DNA of 64,000 nucleotides from an uncultured Alphaproteobacteria bacterium (GTDB taxonomy: Bacteria; Pseudomonadota; Alphaproteobacteria; Acetobacterales; Acetobacteraceae): the NCBI GenBank assembly GCA_963719345.1, contig CAVRCA010000009.1, positions 46,029 to 110,028 of the forward strand, given 5' to 3'. Position numbers and translations under genes: made by a program. The notes beneath the pieces were generated by a model that worked only from the letters and a program-made list of their open reading frames with translations, ran no database searches and was not told the origin of the DNA. Of the stretch, positions 17,631-28,982 are shown one piece after another (within the stretch, counting starts at the first letter, position 1; each line of letters starts with the position of its first letter).

Positions 17631-19715
17631 ATGTCGTCGTCTGAGCTCGACCTGCTTTGCATCAACACCATGCGCACCCTGGCCATGGATGCGGTCCAGA
17701 AAGCCAATTCCGGGCACCCCGGAACGCCGATGGGGTTGGCTCCCGTCGCCTACACGCTTTGGAACGAGCGGCTGGTCTACGATCCGGTGGATGCGACCTG
17801 GCCCAACCGGGACCGCTTCGTGCTGTCGGTCGGCCACGCCTCCATGCTGCTCTATTCATTGCTGCACCTCGCGCAAGTGCAGGCGCGGGACAAGCACGAT
17901 GCGCCGCTGCACCGTCCAAGCGTGACCCTCGACGACATCAAGAAGTTCCGCCAGCTCGACAGCAATACGCCGGGTCATCCCGAGTACCACATGACCACCG
18001 GGGTCGAGTGCACGACCGGTCCGCTCGGCCAAGGGGTGTCCAACAGCGTCGGCATGGCGATCGCCGAGCGCTGGCTCGCCGCCTACTTCAACCGGCCGGA
18101 CCTGCCGCTGATCGGCTACAATATCTACGCGCTATGCGGCGACGGCGACATGATGGAGGGCGTCGCCAGCGAGGCCGCCTCGCTCGCCGGGCATCTGCGT
18201 CTCTCCAATCTGTGCTGGATCTACGATTCCAACCGCATCAGCATCGAGGGCTCCACCTCGCTTGCCTTCAGCGAGGATGTCGGCACGCGCTTCCTGGCCT
18301 ATGGCTGGAACGTGCTGCGGGTGCGCGACGCCAACGACACCAAGGCGATCCGCACCGCGCTCGACGAGTTCGAGCGCGAGACCAGTCGGCCGACCTTCAT
18401 CCTGGTCGAAAGTCATATCGCCTACGGCGCGCCGCACAAGCAGGATACCAAGGAGGCACACGGCGAGCCGCTGGGCGAGGACGAGGTCAGGCTCACCAAG
18501 GCGGCCTATGGGTGGCCGGAGGACGCGAAGTTCCTGGTGCCCGACGGCGTGTATGAGCATTTTCGCCAGGGTATCGGGGAGCGCGGGGCGGCGGCGCGAG
18601 AGGGATGGATCGCCCTCTTCGATCGCTACCGCCAAGCGCATCCGGACCTCGCCAAGCAGTTCGAGACGATGCAGCGCTGGGACCTGCCCGATGGCTGGGA
18701 AGGCGCGCTGCCGACCTTCCCGGCAGACCCGAAAGGGGTCGCCAGCCGCGATTCCTCGGGCAAGACGCTGAACGCGCTCGCCGAGCGGATTCCCTGGCTG
18801 CTTGGTGGTGCGGCGGATCTCGCGCCTTCGACCAAGACGAAACTGGCGTTCGGCGGCGCGGGCGAGTTCGAGGCCACCAATTACCTCGGCCGCAACTTCC
18901 ACTTCGGCGTGCGCGAGCACGGGATGGGAGCCATCTGCAACGGCATGGCGGTGTCGAAGCTGCGGCCGTTCGGCTCGGGCTTCCTCATCTTCTCCGATTA
19001 CATGCGGGGCGCGATCCGGCTGTCCGCCATCGAGGAAATCCCCGTTGTGTGGATATTTACGCACGACTCGATCGGTGTCGGCGAGGACGGGCCGACGCAC
19101 CAGCCGATCGAGCAACTCGCGTCGCTGCGCGGCATCCCCGGCCTGCACACCATCCGCCCCTGCGATGCCAACGAGGTGGCCGAGGCGTGGCGAGTGGCGC
19201 TGCGCGAGAAGCACGGACCGAGCGTCCTTGTTCTGAGCCGCCAGCCGCTGCCCACGCTTGACCGGGCGAAATACGCCGCCGCCTCGGGGCTCGCGCGCGG
19301 CGCCTACGTGCTTGCCGATCCGCCGGACGGCGCGCGCCCCGAGGTCATCCTGATGGGGACCGGCAGCGAAGTCTCGCTGTGCGTTGGCGCCTACGAGCAG
19401 CTTACTCAGGAAGGCGTGCGCGCCCGCGTCGTCAGCATGCCGTGCTGGGATCTTTTCGAGCAGCAGGATGAGGATTATCGCACCTCGGTTTTCCCCGACG
19501 ACGTGCTCGCACGGGTGGCGGTGGAACAGGCAGCGACGCTCGGCTGGGATCGCTATGCCGGCCTGCATGGCAAGATCATCGGCATGCACACGTTCGGCGC
19601 CTCTGCCCCGCTCAAGGATCTGCTGGTGAAGTTCGGCTTCACCGCGGACGGCGTCTTGAGCGCCGCCAAGGAGCAGCTGGCGCGCCACGCACGGATGGCG
19701 AAGGCGGCCGAATGA
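17631..19715 (+). CDS. tkt: Transketolase
   Basis: Motifs: [48 protein letters not shown]. An aagagga Shine-Dalgarno precedes ATG 17631. Confidence 0.95.
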   Translation: MSSSELDLLCINTMRTLAMDAVQKANSGHPGTPMGLAPVAYTLWNERLVYDPVDATWPNRDRFVLSVGHASMLLYSLLHLAQVQARDKHDAPLHRPSVTLDDIKKFRQLDSNTPGHPEYHMTTGVECTTGPLGQGVSNSVGMAIAERWLAAYFNRPDLPLIGYNIYALCGDGDMMEGVASEAASLAGHLRLSNLCWIYDSNRISIEGSTSLAFSEDVGTRFLAYGWNVLRVRDANDTKAIRTALDEFERETSRPTFILVESHIAYGAPHKQDTKEAHGEPLGEDEVRLTKAAYGWPEDAKFLVPDGVYEHFRQGIGERGAAAREGWIALFDRYRQAHPDLAKQFETMQRWDLPDGWEGALPTFPADPKGVASRDSSGKTLNALAERIPWLLGGAADLAPSTKTKLAFGGAGEFEATNYLGRNFHFGVREHGMGAICNGMAVSKLRPFGSGFLIFSDYMRGAIRLSAIEEIPVVWIFTHDSIGVGEDGPTHQPIEQLASLRGIPGLHTIRPCDANEVAEAWRVALREKHGPSVLVLSRQPLPTLDRAKYAAASGLARGAYVLADPPDGARPEVILMGTGSEVSLCVGAYEQLTQEGVRARVVSMPCWDLFEQQDEDYRTSVFPDDVLARVAVEQAATLGWDRYAGLHGKIIGMHTFGASAPLKDLLVKFGFTADGVLSAAKEQLARHARMAKAAE

Positions 19716-21304
19716 TGCCCGACCAGCAAGCGCCTGGCACCCGCGTGCTCGCTACTCCGGCGCGCAAATCCGCGCAGCCGCCTGGTCCGTGTGCGATGGT
19801 GATCTTCGGGGCGGGAGGCGATCTGACCCATCGCCTGCTGTTTCCGGCGCTCTATAATCTCGCGACCACCCGGCTGATCCCGGAGAAATTCGCCATCGTC
19901 GGAGTCGACATCGCCGACCGGACCGTGGAGGACTGGCGTAATAGCCTGCTCGACAAGCTCAAAGGTTTCGTCGGCAACAAGGCGAGCGAGGACGACATCC
20001 CGAACGTCGATCAAGGCGCGTGGGATCGGCTCACCAGCAACATGTCCTATGTGCAGGGCGATCTGAACGACCCTGCGCTCTACAACAAGCTGAGTCAGCA
20101 CCTATCGGACGTCGCACAAAAGGCGGGCACCGGCGGCAACGTGCTGTTCTACCTTGCCATTGCCGACCGGTTTTTTGCTCCCGTCGTGGAGAACCTGGGC
20201 AAGGCGGGGCTTGCCCGCGAGGATGGCCAGAACTGGCGGCGCGTGGTCATCGAGAAACCGTTCGGACACAGCCTGCAATCCGCCAAAGACCTGAACGCGC
20301 GTGTCCTGCGGGTGCTGAACGAGAGCCAGGTCTATCGGATCGACCATTTCCTCGGAAAGGAAACGGTTCAGAACATCATTGCGTTCCGGTTCGCCAACGG
20401 ACTGTTTGAGCCGATCTGGAACCGCGACCGCATTGATCACGTGCAGATAACCGTCGCCGAGACGGTCGGCGTAGAACATCGCGGCCGGTTCTACGAGCAT
20501 ACCGGCGCGCTGCGCGACATGGTGCCGAACCATGTGTTCCAGCTGGTCGCGATGGTGGCGATGGAGCCGCCGGTCGGTCTCGATGAGAACGCGATCCGGA
20601 CCAGGAAGGCCGACGTGTTCGCGTCCATCAAGCCGCTCGGAAAGGACGACGTGGTGCGCGGGCAGTACGGGGCTGGCACCGTGCTCGGCCAGTCCGCTAT
20701 TGCGTATCGCGAGGAGCCGGATGTCGCGCCGGATTCCAATGTCGAGACCTACGTCGCGATGCGGCTGCATATCGACAACTGGCGCTGGGCCGGGGTGCCG
20801 ATTTTTCTCCGCACGGGCAAGCACCTCGCGCGGCGGACGACCGAGATCGCCATCCGCTTCAAGCAGGCGCCGTACGCGCCGTTCGAGGATACGCCGGTCG
20901 ATGACCTTCGGCCGAACTGGTTGGTGCTGCAGATCCAGCCGGACGAGGGCATCTCGCTGCAATTCGAGGTCAAGCGTCCCGGTCCCTTGGTCCAGCTCGC
21001 TCCCGTGCGGATGACGTTCCGTTACAGCGACTGGTTCCCGCCGGAACCGAACGTCGGCTACGAGACCCTGATCTATGATTGCATGATCGGGGACCCGACG
21101 CTGTTCCAGCGAGCCGACATGGTGGAAGCCACGTGGCGGGTAGTGCAATCGATCCTCGATCTATGGGAAATTTCCGAGCCGCGGCATTTTCCGAACTACG
21201 CCTCCGGCTCGGAGGGACCGACCTCGGCGGATGCCCTGATTGCCCAGGACGCGCCGCGTCGGAAATGGCGGCCGATCGCGGCGCAGAATGGTGGCCGTCG
21301 CTGA
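19712..21304 (+). CDS. zwf: Glucose-6-phosphate 1-dehydrogenase
   Basis: Motifs: MVIFGAGGDLTHRLLFPALYNL, RIDHFLGKE, IFLRTGK. The ATGA start overlaps the tkt stop. Confidence 0.95.
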   Translation: MMPDQQAPGTRVLATPARKSAQPPGPCAMVIFGAGGDLTHRLLFPALYNLATTRLIPEKFAIVGVDIADRTVEDWRNSLLDKLKGFVGNKASEDDIPNVDQGAWDRLTSNMSYVQGDLNDPALYNKLSQHLSDVAQKAGTGGNVLFYLAIADRFFAPVVENLGKAGLAREDGQNWRRVVIEKPFGHSLQSAKDLNARVLRVLNESQVYRIDHFLGKETVQNIIAFRFANGLFEPIWNRDRIDHVQITVAETVGVEHRGRFYEHTGALRDMVPNHVFQLVAMVAMEPPVGLDENAIRTRKADVFASIKPLGKDDVVRGQYGAGTVLGQSAIAYREEPDVAPDSNVETYVAMRLHIDNWRWAGVPIFLRTGKHLARRTTEIAIRFKQAPYAPFEDTPVDDLRPNWLVLQIQPDEGISLQFEVKRPGPLVQLAPVRMTFRYSDWFPPEPNVGYETLIYDCMIGDPTLFQRADMVEATWRVVQSILDLWEISEPRHFPNYASGSEGPTSADALIAQDAPRRKWRPIAAQNGGRR

Positions 21305-21319
21305 CGGGGAGAGCATCGC

Positions 21320-22054
21320 ATGACGCCAGCACGCGGCACGCTCAAGGTGTTCGATGATCCGCAGGCGCTCGCCCGCGACGGCGCGCGGTTCCTGCTAGAA
21401 CGCGCGGGCGCGGCAACGGGTCCCTTCGTGATCGCGATGTCGGGCGGTTCGACCCCCAAGCCGATGTATGAGCTGCTCGGCGAATCGCCGATCCGGGAGG
21501 CGTTTCCCTGGGATCGCGTGCATTGGATTTTGGGTGACGAACGCTTCGTCGATATTGCCGACCCGGCGAGCAATTTCGGCATGGCCTGTGCCGCCTTCCT
21601 GTCCAAGGTTCCCGCCCCGCGCGACAACCTGCATCCGGTGCCGTTCGCGGGGCTGACGCCTGAGCAGGGCGCGGCGGAATACGCCAAGGTGCTGCAACGA
21701 CTCTATGGCGCGGACACGCTGGATCCGGCGCGGCCGCTGATCGACATCGATCTGCTGGGGATGGGCGAGGACGGGCATACCGCGTCGCTGCTGCCGGGCC
21801 AGCCGGTGCTCGAGGATCGCCGCCAGTGGACTGCGGCGGTGCTGCACGGGCGTTCCGAGCCGCGCGTTACCCTGACCTATCCCGCGCTCGAGAGCAGCCG
21901 GACGACGGTGTTCCTCGTCGCCGGAGCGGGCAAGCGGGACATGCTGGACCAGGTGCTGTCGGGCACGAGCAACGTGCCTGCGGCGCGCCTGCGGCCCATG
22001 GGCGAGTTGCTCTGGTTTGTCGACCGCGCCGCCGCCGGGCGCTGGGCCACCTGA
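21320..22054 (+). CDS. pgl: 6-phosphogluconolactonase
   Basis: IAMSGGSTPKPMYELL and LLGMGEDGHTASL. Confidence 0.9.
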   Translation: MTPARGTLKVFDDPQALARDGARFLLERAGAATGPFVIAMSGGSTPKPMYELLGESPIREAFPWDRVHWILGDERFVDIADPASNFGMACAAFLSKVPAPRDNLHPVPFAGLTPEQGAAEYAKVLQRLYGADTLDPARPLIDIDLLGMGEDGHTASLLPGQPVLEDRRQWTAAVLHGRSEPRVTLTYPALESSRTTVFLVAGAGKRDMLDQVLSGTSNVPAARLRPMGELLWFVDRAAAGRWAT

Positions 22055-22058
22055 GCCG

Positions 22059-22754
22059 GTGAACGTGCAGGACCCGGCCAAGCGGGCGGCCGCCGAGGCC
22101 GCCGTGGCGCTCGTGCAGGATGACATGCTGCTCGGTCTCGGCACCGGGTCGACCGCCTGGTTCGCCGTCGAGGCGGTCGGCCGTCGGGTGCGCCAGGAGG
22201 GGTTGCGCGTGCGGGCGGTGCCGACCTCGATCGAGACGATGCAGCATGCGACGGAGTTGGGGATTCCGCTGGTCGAACTCGGGTCGGTTGCGGCGCTCGA
22301 CCTCGCCATCGACGGCGCCGACGAGATCGAGCGTGGCACCCTCGGGCTGATCAAGGGTCTCGGGGGAGCCCTGTTGCGGGAGAAGATCGTCGCCCAGGCG
22401 GCCCGCCGGTTCGTGGTGATCGGCGATGCGGGGAAGGTCGTCGATCAGCTCGGCGAGCACGCCGCGCTGCCGGTCGAGGTGACTCAGTTCGCGCACGAAG
22501 CGACCGCGCGCCGGCTACCTGGCCAAGCCGCGCTGCGGCGGCGGCCGGACGGGACGCCGTTCGTCACCGACAACGGCAACCTTATCTATGATTGCGGCGC
22601 TCCGTTCGTCTCCGCCGCGCCTGAAGCGGTCGCGGCCAGCTTGCAGGAGATCGCCGGCGTGATCGGCCACGGGCTGTTCCTCGGCTGCACGGAGGCCGCG
22701 ATGATCGGCTTCTCCGACGGCACGGTGCAGGTGATGCGGCCGGAGGCCCCCTGA
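22059..22754 (+). CDS. rpiA: Ribose-5-phosphate isomerase A
   Basis: Motifs: LGLGTGSTAWFAVE, AIDGADEI, KGLGGALLREKIV. GTG at 22059 is chosen as the first start after the pgl stop; the tracked ORF begins at 22017. Confidence 0.85.
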   Translation: MNVQDPAKRAAAEAAVALVQDDMLLGLGTGSTAWFAVEAVGRRVRQEGLRVRAVPTSIETMQHATELGIPLVELGSVAALDLAIDGADEIERGTLGLIKGLGGALLREKIVAQAARRFVVIGDAGKVVDQLGEHAALPVEVTQFAHEATARRLPGQAALRRRPDGTPFVTDNGNLIYDCGAPFVSAAPEAVAASLQEIAGVIGHGLFLGCTEAAMIGFSDGTVQVMRPEAP

Positions 22755-22761
22755 GCTGGCA

Positions 22762-23319
<558 letters not shown>

Positions 23320-23370
23320 CGGGCCCGATGCCCCCGACTACGATCCGCAATCAACACCCGGGGAACGTCC

Positions 23371-24309
23371 ATGTGGCAGCCGCACCTGCAATATCCCGAT
23401 CCGTCCGTTCGTGTCCTCGACCCGAGCTTCGCGCCCTATCGCCTGGCGCTGGCTTCAGTCGAGCGGCTGGCGGAAGGCTGCCGCTGGTCGGAAGGGCCGG
23501 TGTGGTTCGGTGACGCCCGATGCGTGTTGTGGAGCGACATCCCGAACAACCGCATCCTGCGCTGGGACGAGGCGACCGGGGCGGTGTCCCCCTACCGGCA
23601 ACCGTCCAACAACGCGAACGGCAACACCCGCGACCGGCAGGGGCGGCTCGTCACCTGCGAGCATGACGCGCGGCGCGTCATCCGCACCGAGTACGACGGC
23701 AGCATCACGGTGCTGCTCGATCGGCATGAGGGCAGAAGCCTCAATTCTCCAAATGACGTGGTGGTCAAGTCGGACGGGTCGATCTGGTTCACTGACCCGA
23801 CCTTCGGGATTCTCGGCTACTACGAAGGCCATAAGGCCGAGCAGGAGCGGCCGCCGGCGGTCTACCGCATCGACGGGCAGACGGGCGCGGCCAGCGTCGT
23901 TGCCGACGACATCGAGGGCCCCAACGGTCTGGCGTTCTCGCCCGACGAATTGGTCCTCTACGTTGTCGCTTCGCGTGCCAATCCGCGCACCCTGGTCGCC
24001 TATGACGTCGTAACGGACGGCCGCAAGCTGGCGAACGGGCGGATTTTCATCGACGCCGGCCCAGGCACGCCGGACGGGTTCCGCGTCGATGTCGACGGCA
24101 ATCTCTGGTGCGGCTGGGGCATGGGCGATCCCGAACTGGATGGGGTGCGCGTGTTCAATCGCGACGGCGCCCCGATCGGCCACATCGGCCTGCCTGAGCG
24201 CTGCGCCAACCTCTGTTTCGGCGGTCGCTACCGCAACCGGCTGTTCATGGCCGCCAGCCACTCGCTGTATTCGCTCTACGTGAACACCCAGGGCGCGCCG
24301 GGCGGCTGA
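23371..24309 (+). CDS. SMP-30/gluconolactonase/LRE family protein
   Basis: Pattern: SEGPVWFGD...LWSDIPNNRILRWD...NSPNDVVVKSDGSIWFTDP...PNGLAFSPDE...PDGFRVDVDGNLW. Confidence 0.85.
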   Translation: MWQPHLQYPDPSVRVLDPSFAPYRLALASVERLAEGCRWSEGPVWFGDARCVLWSDIPNNRILRWDEATGAVSPYRQPSNNANGNTRDRQGRLVTCEHDARRVIRTEYDGSITVLLDRHEGRSLNSPNDVVVKSDGSIWFTDPTFGILGYYEGHKAEQERPPAVYRIDGQTGAASVVADDIEGPNGLAFSPDELVLYVVASRANPRTLVAYDVVTDGRKLANGRIFIDAGPGTPDGFRVDVDGNLWCGWGMGDPELDGVRVFNRDGAPIGHIGLPERCANLCFGGRYRNRLFMAASHSLYSLYVNTQGAPGG

Positions 24310-24319
24310 TCGGTCCGGC

Positions 24320-24970
24320 TCAGTCCCGAAGACGGGCGGCCTTGGCTCGCCGGTGCAGCCATATCGCGCCTGCCGCACAGACGAGCAGTGCGCTCCCCGT
24401 GATCATCGCATTCCGCCAATCGCCTGCCTGCAGCTGCTCCAGCGACAGGCCGGCGAACTGCGCCGGAAGCACGTGCGCGGGCGCCCAGACGAAGGCCGAG
24501 CAGATATTTGCGATCAGGAAACGGTTGCGGCGCATGCCGGCCATCCCGGCGACCAGCGGCACGGTGGACCGCAGCACCGGGACGAAGCGGCACAACGCCA
24601 CGCTCATCGCGCCGTAGCGGTCGAAAAAGGCTTCCGCCTTCTTCATCAGGATCGGTCGCGTGGCGAACGGCCAGACGCCGCGCAGGCGATGCCGATAGCG
24701 GTGGCCAATCCAGAACGAAATGCCGTCGCCGATCACCGCGCCGAGGATCGAGACGATCAGGATGGGCACCATCGGCAGTCCGGCCATCGCTGCCGCTCCG
24801 GCAACCGCCATCAGGATCGGTGTCCCGGGGATCAGGATGCCAAGTACGGCGACCGCCTCGACCACGGCGGCGGCGAACGCGACCAAGATGGCGGCGCCCG
24901 GATGCTGCGCCACCAGATCCGCCGCTCGGGCGATGATGTCCCACACCGGGGTCACCCGCGCATGCCGCAA
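24320..24970 (-). CDS. DedA family membrane protein
   Basis: Pattern: LGILIPGTPILMAVAGAAA...GDGISFWIGHRY...FFDRYGAMSVALCRFVPVLRSTVPLVAG. Confidence 0.85.
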   Translation of the reverse strand: MRHARVTPVWDIIARAADLVAQHPGAAILVAFAAAVVEAVAVLGILIPGTPILMAVAGAAAMAGLPMVPILIVSILGAVIGDGISFWIGHRYRHRLRGVWPFATRPILMKKAEAFFDRYGAMSVALCRFVPVLRSTVPLVAGMAGMRRNRFLIANICSAFVWAPAHVLPAQFAGLSLEQLQAGDWRNAMITGSALLVCAAGAIWLHRRAKAARLRD

Positions 24971-25131
24971 GGCTGTCCGGAAGCAGCCATGTCTGAAAAA
25001 CCATCCATCATCTCAGAGTTGAGCGTAACACTTCGTTGCGCCGCTGGGGAGGCCTCCTTGCGGCTAAATCCGGGGACTTTCCGGCTTGCCGGACCGGGAT
25101 TAGATCGATCCGGACGGGCGGGAGAAAGTGA

Positions 25132-26238
25132 GTGGAGACGATCGATTGCGTGGTCGCCGGAGCGGGCGTGGTCGGGCTCGCGGTCGCCCGGGCGCTCGCG
25201 CTGGCGGGGCGCGACGTGATCGTGCTCGAAGCGGCCGAGGCCATCGGCACGGAAACGTCGTCGCGCAACAGCGAGGTCATTCATGCCGGCATCTACTACC
25301 CGGCCGGTAGCGTCATGGCGCGCACCTGCGTCGAGGGACGGCGCGCCCTGTATCGCTATTGCGGCGAGCGCGGCGTGCCGTTCAACAATTGCGGCAAGCT
25401 GATCGTTGCAACGTCCGAGGTCGAGGACGGCATGCTCGCCGCGATCCAGCGACGGGCCGAAGTGAACGGCGTCGAGGGCATGCGCGTGCTGACCGGCGAG
25501 GAGGCACGGGCGATGGAGCCGAACCTCGCCTGTACCAGCGCGCTGCTGTCGCCCACCACCGGCGTCGTTGACAGCCATTCGTTCATGGTGGCGTTGCAGG
25601 GCGACACCGAGAACGCCGGCGGCGTGCTTGTTTTTCACAGTCCGATCGAGCAGGCGCGCGTGCGGGACCGCGGGCTCGAAATCGACGTGGGGGGCACCGA
25701 TCCGATGACGGTACGCTGCCGGTTGCTCGTCAACTCGGCCGGCCTGCACGCGCCCGCTCTCGCCCGCCGGATCGACGGCATGCCGCCCGAGCGGGTGCCG
25801 ACGGCCTACTATGCCAAGGGAAACTACTTCACCCTGTCCGGCCGCTCGCCGTTCTCGCGGCTCATTTATCCGGTGCCGGTGCCGGGCGGCCTCGGCGTGC
25901 ATCTGACCGTCGATCTCGGCGGCCAGGCGCGCTTCGGCCCCGATGTGGAATGGCTCGACCGCATCGACTACACGGTCGATCCGGCGCGCTCGCAATCGTT
26001 CTACGCCGCGGTCCGCCGGTATTGGCCGGCGTTGAAGGATGGCGCGTTGCAACCGGGCTATGCCGGCATCCGCCCAAAGATTGTCGGACCCGGTGCGCGC
26101 GGTCAGGATTTTGTGGTGCAAGGCCCGCAAACGCATGGGGTGCCGGGGCTGGTCAACCTGTTCGGTATCGAAAGCCCAGGGCTGACAGCGGCGCTGGCGC
26201 TCGCGGACCACGTCGCGGAGGTCGCGTTGACCGGCTAA
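25132..26238 (+). CDS. FAD-dependent oxidoreductase (L-2-hydroxyglutarate oxidase/DAO-like)
   Basis: [29 protein letters not shown] dinucleotide fold, then [14 protein letters not shown] and a C-terminal [11 protein letters not shown] start preceded by gggagaaag. Confidence 0.8.
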   Translation: METIDCVVAGAGVVGLAVARALALAGRDVIVLEAAEAIGTETSSRNSEVIHAGIYYPAGSVMARTCVEGRRALYRYCGERGVPFNNCGKLIVATSEVEDGMLAAIQRRAEVNGVEGMRVLTGEEARAMEPNLACTSALLSPTTGVVDSHSFMVALQGDTENAGGVLVFHSPIEQARVRDRGLEIDVGGTDPMTVRCRLLVNSAGLHAPALARRIDGMPPERVPTAYYAKGNYFTLSGRSPFSRLIYPVPVPGGLGVHLTVDLGGQARFGPDVEWLDRIDYTVDPARSQSFYAAVRRYWPALKDGALQPGYAGIRPKIVGPGARGQDFVVQGPQTHGVPGLVNLFGIESPGLTAALALADHVAEVALTG

Positions 26239-26423
26239 CCCACGCTCACCGTGGTGATCTGAGGACGTGTCGCTGAACCTTACAGTTCCGGGAACGTCCT
26301 GCTACACCGTTTCGATGGACAGCAGCTAACCTACTGAAGTTTACTTTGTTTTTGAGAGAGCTTTGTCTGGCCCGCGGATTGCAATCTCCTTTTTGAGCCA
26401 ATCGTGGTTCGAGGCAGGAGAAT

Positions 26424-27152
26424 GTGATGTTCGGCAAAGTACTGTTGGCGGGTGTGGCGTCACTTGGTTTGGCGATGGCGTTCGGCACACCGGCATGGGC
26501 GGGCAGTATTCAGATTGGACCGTTCGGCTCCGACACGCTGACGGCGACCGTCGCCAGCGGGCAACCGGCGCCGTTCATGCTGGGCGACTTCGGTGTGGCC
26601 AGCACACCCGGACTGGTGTCCACGGCGCCGATCCAAATTGCCTATGGGGGCCAGATCACTTTCAGCCCCAATGCGACGCAGCCTTATGGCGGTGTGTACT
26701 TTGGCGATACGCCGAACGTCGCGCTGTCGCCGTTCGACGGCACCCGCCTGCCGCAGCAGAACTACCTGGTCGCCGAGAAGAACGACCCGGTGACGATCAG
26801 CTATCCGCTCCTGTCGTCAAGCAACAAGTTCAGCCTGCTCTGGGGCTCGGTCGACTCCTACAACACGCTCGACCTGAAGTTCTATCTTGGCTCGGCTCAG
26901 ATCGAGGATCTGACGGTGACCGGCAGCGAGGTGGAGAGAGCGGCGGGTATCACCTCGGGCGGGGCAGCCTCGGCGTTCGTGACGGTTCAGGAGGGAGCCC
27001 TTCAAGGCTACGATCGGATCGTGCTCACCTCGTCGCAGGCCGCCTTCGAGTTTGATCCCAGCGTGCAGGTGCCGGAGCCGGCCTCCATGGCGCTGCTCGG
27101 TGCGGGTCTCGTCGGCATGGGCGTGGTACGGCGCCGCAAAAAGGCGCAGTAA
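26424..27152 (+). CDS. PEP-CTERM sorting-domain secreted protein
   Basis: Signal peptide MMFGKVLLAGVASLGLAMAFGTPAWA. The C-terminal VPEPASMALLGAGLVGMGVVRRRKKAQ has the form PEP motif, then TM helix, then basic tail. Confidence 0.85.
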   Translation: MMFGKVLLAGVASLGLAMAFGTPAWAGSIQIGPFGSDTLTATVASGQPAPFMLGDFGVASTPGLVSTAPIQIAYGGQITFSPNATQPYGGVYFGDTPNVALSPFDGTRLPQQNYLVAEKNDPVTISYPLLSSSNKFSLLWGSVDSYNTLDLKFYLGSAQIEDLTVTGSEVERAAGITSGGAASAFVTVQEGALQGYDRIVLTSSQAAFEFDPSVQVPEPASMALLGAGLVGMGVVRRRKKAQ

Positions 27153-27174
27153 GCCGCGCACTGGGTGGACAACG

Positions 27175-27198
27175 GAGCGGCGCTGAGGAGCGCCGCTC
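27175..27198. terminator. Hairpin between convergent genes (candidate bidirectional terminator)
   Basis: gagcggcgct-gagg-agcgccgctc: a perfect 10-bp stem, lying between the PEP-CTERM stop (27152) and the ggt stop (27206). The T-tract is weak. Confidence 0.5.
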
Positions 27199-27205
27199 TT
27201 CGCTG

Positions 27206-28904
27206 TCACGCACTTGGCCGCACGTCAGGCCAGAACCGCACACCCTCCCGTGCGAGGCCACCGCCAAGTGCAGCGGGCGTTCCGTCCGCCCGCCAGCAGG
27301 CGGCTCCGGTCAACAGTCCCTCCGTCCCGAACCGGACCGCGCACATCCCGCCGCCGACATGCGGCACCGGAACGACGTCGTGCCCGCGCTCGCGCAACGC
27401 TTGGCGCACCTCGGCTGAAAACCCGGTCTCCACCTCGAGACCGAACCCCTGCGTCCAGAGGCGCGGCGCCTCGACCGCCTCCTGCAAGGACATCCCGTGG
27501 TCGATCAGGTTGATCACCGCCTGCATTGCGGAGCCGAAGATGCGCAGGCCGCCGGGCAAGCCGAGCGCGAAGGCCGGTTTGCCGCCGCGGAGCGCAATGA
27601 GCGGGGCCATCGAGGTCGTGACCCGCTTGCCGGCTGCCACCGATAACGCACGGCCCGGGCGAGGGTCGAACAGGTGCATGTAGTTGTTCGGGATCATGCC
27701 TGTGCCGGGCACGATGAAGCGCGCGCCGAACAGGCTGTTGATCGTTTGCGTGCTGGCAACGATGTTGCCCGCTTCGTCTGCCACCGTGACATGGGTGGTG
27801 TGGGACGAGCTCGGCCGCGGGGACGCCGGCGGTCCATGATTGAGCCCGCCGCATGTCGATCGTGGCGCGGCGCTCGGCCGCGTAGCCGCTGTCGGTGAGA
27901 CGCGCAACCGGCACGTCGACGAACGCCGGATCGGCGGTCGCGGCTTGGCGGTCGGCAAAGGCGATCTTCAGCACCTCGGCAAGCAGGTGCAGCGCGTCGG
28001 CGGAGCCGAATCCTATGCCGCGCACGTCGAATCCCTGCAGGATTTTCAGCATCTGCACGATATGGACCCCGCTCGAGGCAGGCGGCGGCGGCCCGACGAT
28101 TTCGTGGTCGCGGTAGGCGCCGTGAACCACTGCACGGTCGATGACGCGATAGCGGCCGAGGTCGTCCACGGTGATGAAGCCGCCACTCCTCGCCATGTGG
28201 TCGACGAGCGCACGTCCGAGGGCGCCGTCGTACAGGAAACCCGGCCCTTCCTTCGCGATCGCCGCGAGGGTGTCGGCGTAGGCACCCTGGACCAGCCGGG
28301 CGCCGGCGGCGATCGGCCGACCATCCGGCATGAACAGAGCGGCGATCTCGGCATCACGGGCGAGATCGGCGGCGCTCTCGCTGGCGCATTCGTGCAGATA
28401 GGGGGTGACGCGAAAGCCGCGCGCCGCGTGACGAATTGCCGGTTCGAGCACGTCGGCGAGCGGAAAGGTGCCGAACCGCGCCAAGGTGTCGCACCACGCC
28501 TTGAGGGTGCCCGGCACGGCCACCGCGGCGGGACCGACGGCGTTCCGCCGGCCGAGCGCGTCCATCGTCCCCGGCGCCGCGGCCGGGTCGGGGTGGAACG
28601 TCTCCGGCCCGGTCGCCAACGGTGCGGTGCCCAGGCCGTCGACCACGACGTGGCGTCCGTCGGCGAGACGCAGATGCGCGATCCCGCCTCCCGCGATGCC
28701 GACCATCATCGGCTCGACCACGGTCAGGGTGAAGAGAGCCGCGATGGCGGCGTCGATCGCATTGCCGCCTGCGGCCAGCATCTCGACGCCGGCCGCGGAC
28801 GCCAGCGGATGATTGGTGACGACCATCCCGCGCGCGCCCTCGGCCGGTTGCTTCTCGCAGGTAAAAAGCGTGCCCGCTCGTTCACGCCATCCGGACTTGC
28901 TCAT
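27206..28904 (-). pseudogene. ggt: Gamma-glutamyltransferase, one frameshift
   Basis: The N-terminal part, MSKSGWRERAGTLF...GMVVTNHPLASAAGVEMLAAGGNAIDAA, runs from ATG 28904. The C-terminal part, TTHVTVADEAGNIVASTQTINSLFG...GLPGG, is in the frame of ORF 27206. The join is at gtcccacacc (about 27803); adding one C to the C run gives VPHTTHVTV. Confidence 0.85.
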
Positions 28905-28982
28905 GCTTGCTCTCCCGCCGGTGGTGGCCAAGTGCGGCAGCCTGCATGACAATGTCCGTCGCGTGAACCGACAGGAGACCCC

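Noticed and set aside
18132-19688. 518-aa minus-strand ORF
   Set aside because: It lies entirely antisense to transketolase, whose motifs are unambiguous. It is a typical GC-rich shadow ORF. The same reasoning applies to 24952..26211(-), 43189..45102(-), 45450..46820(-), 51647..53419(-), 31266..32555(+) and 32296..33480(-).
26400-26425. tRNA-like GGTTCGA (T-loop-like) string upstream of the PEP-CTERM gene
   Set aside because: There is no matching acceptor stem, anticodon arm or D-arm around it. It overlaps the RBS/start region of the CDS.
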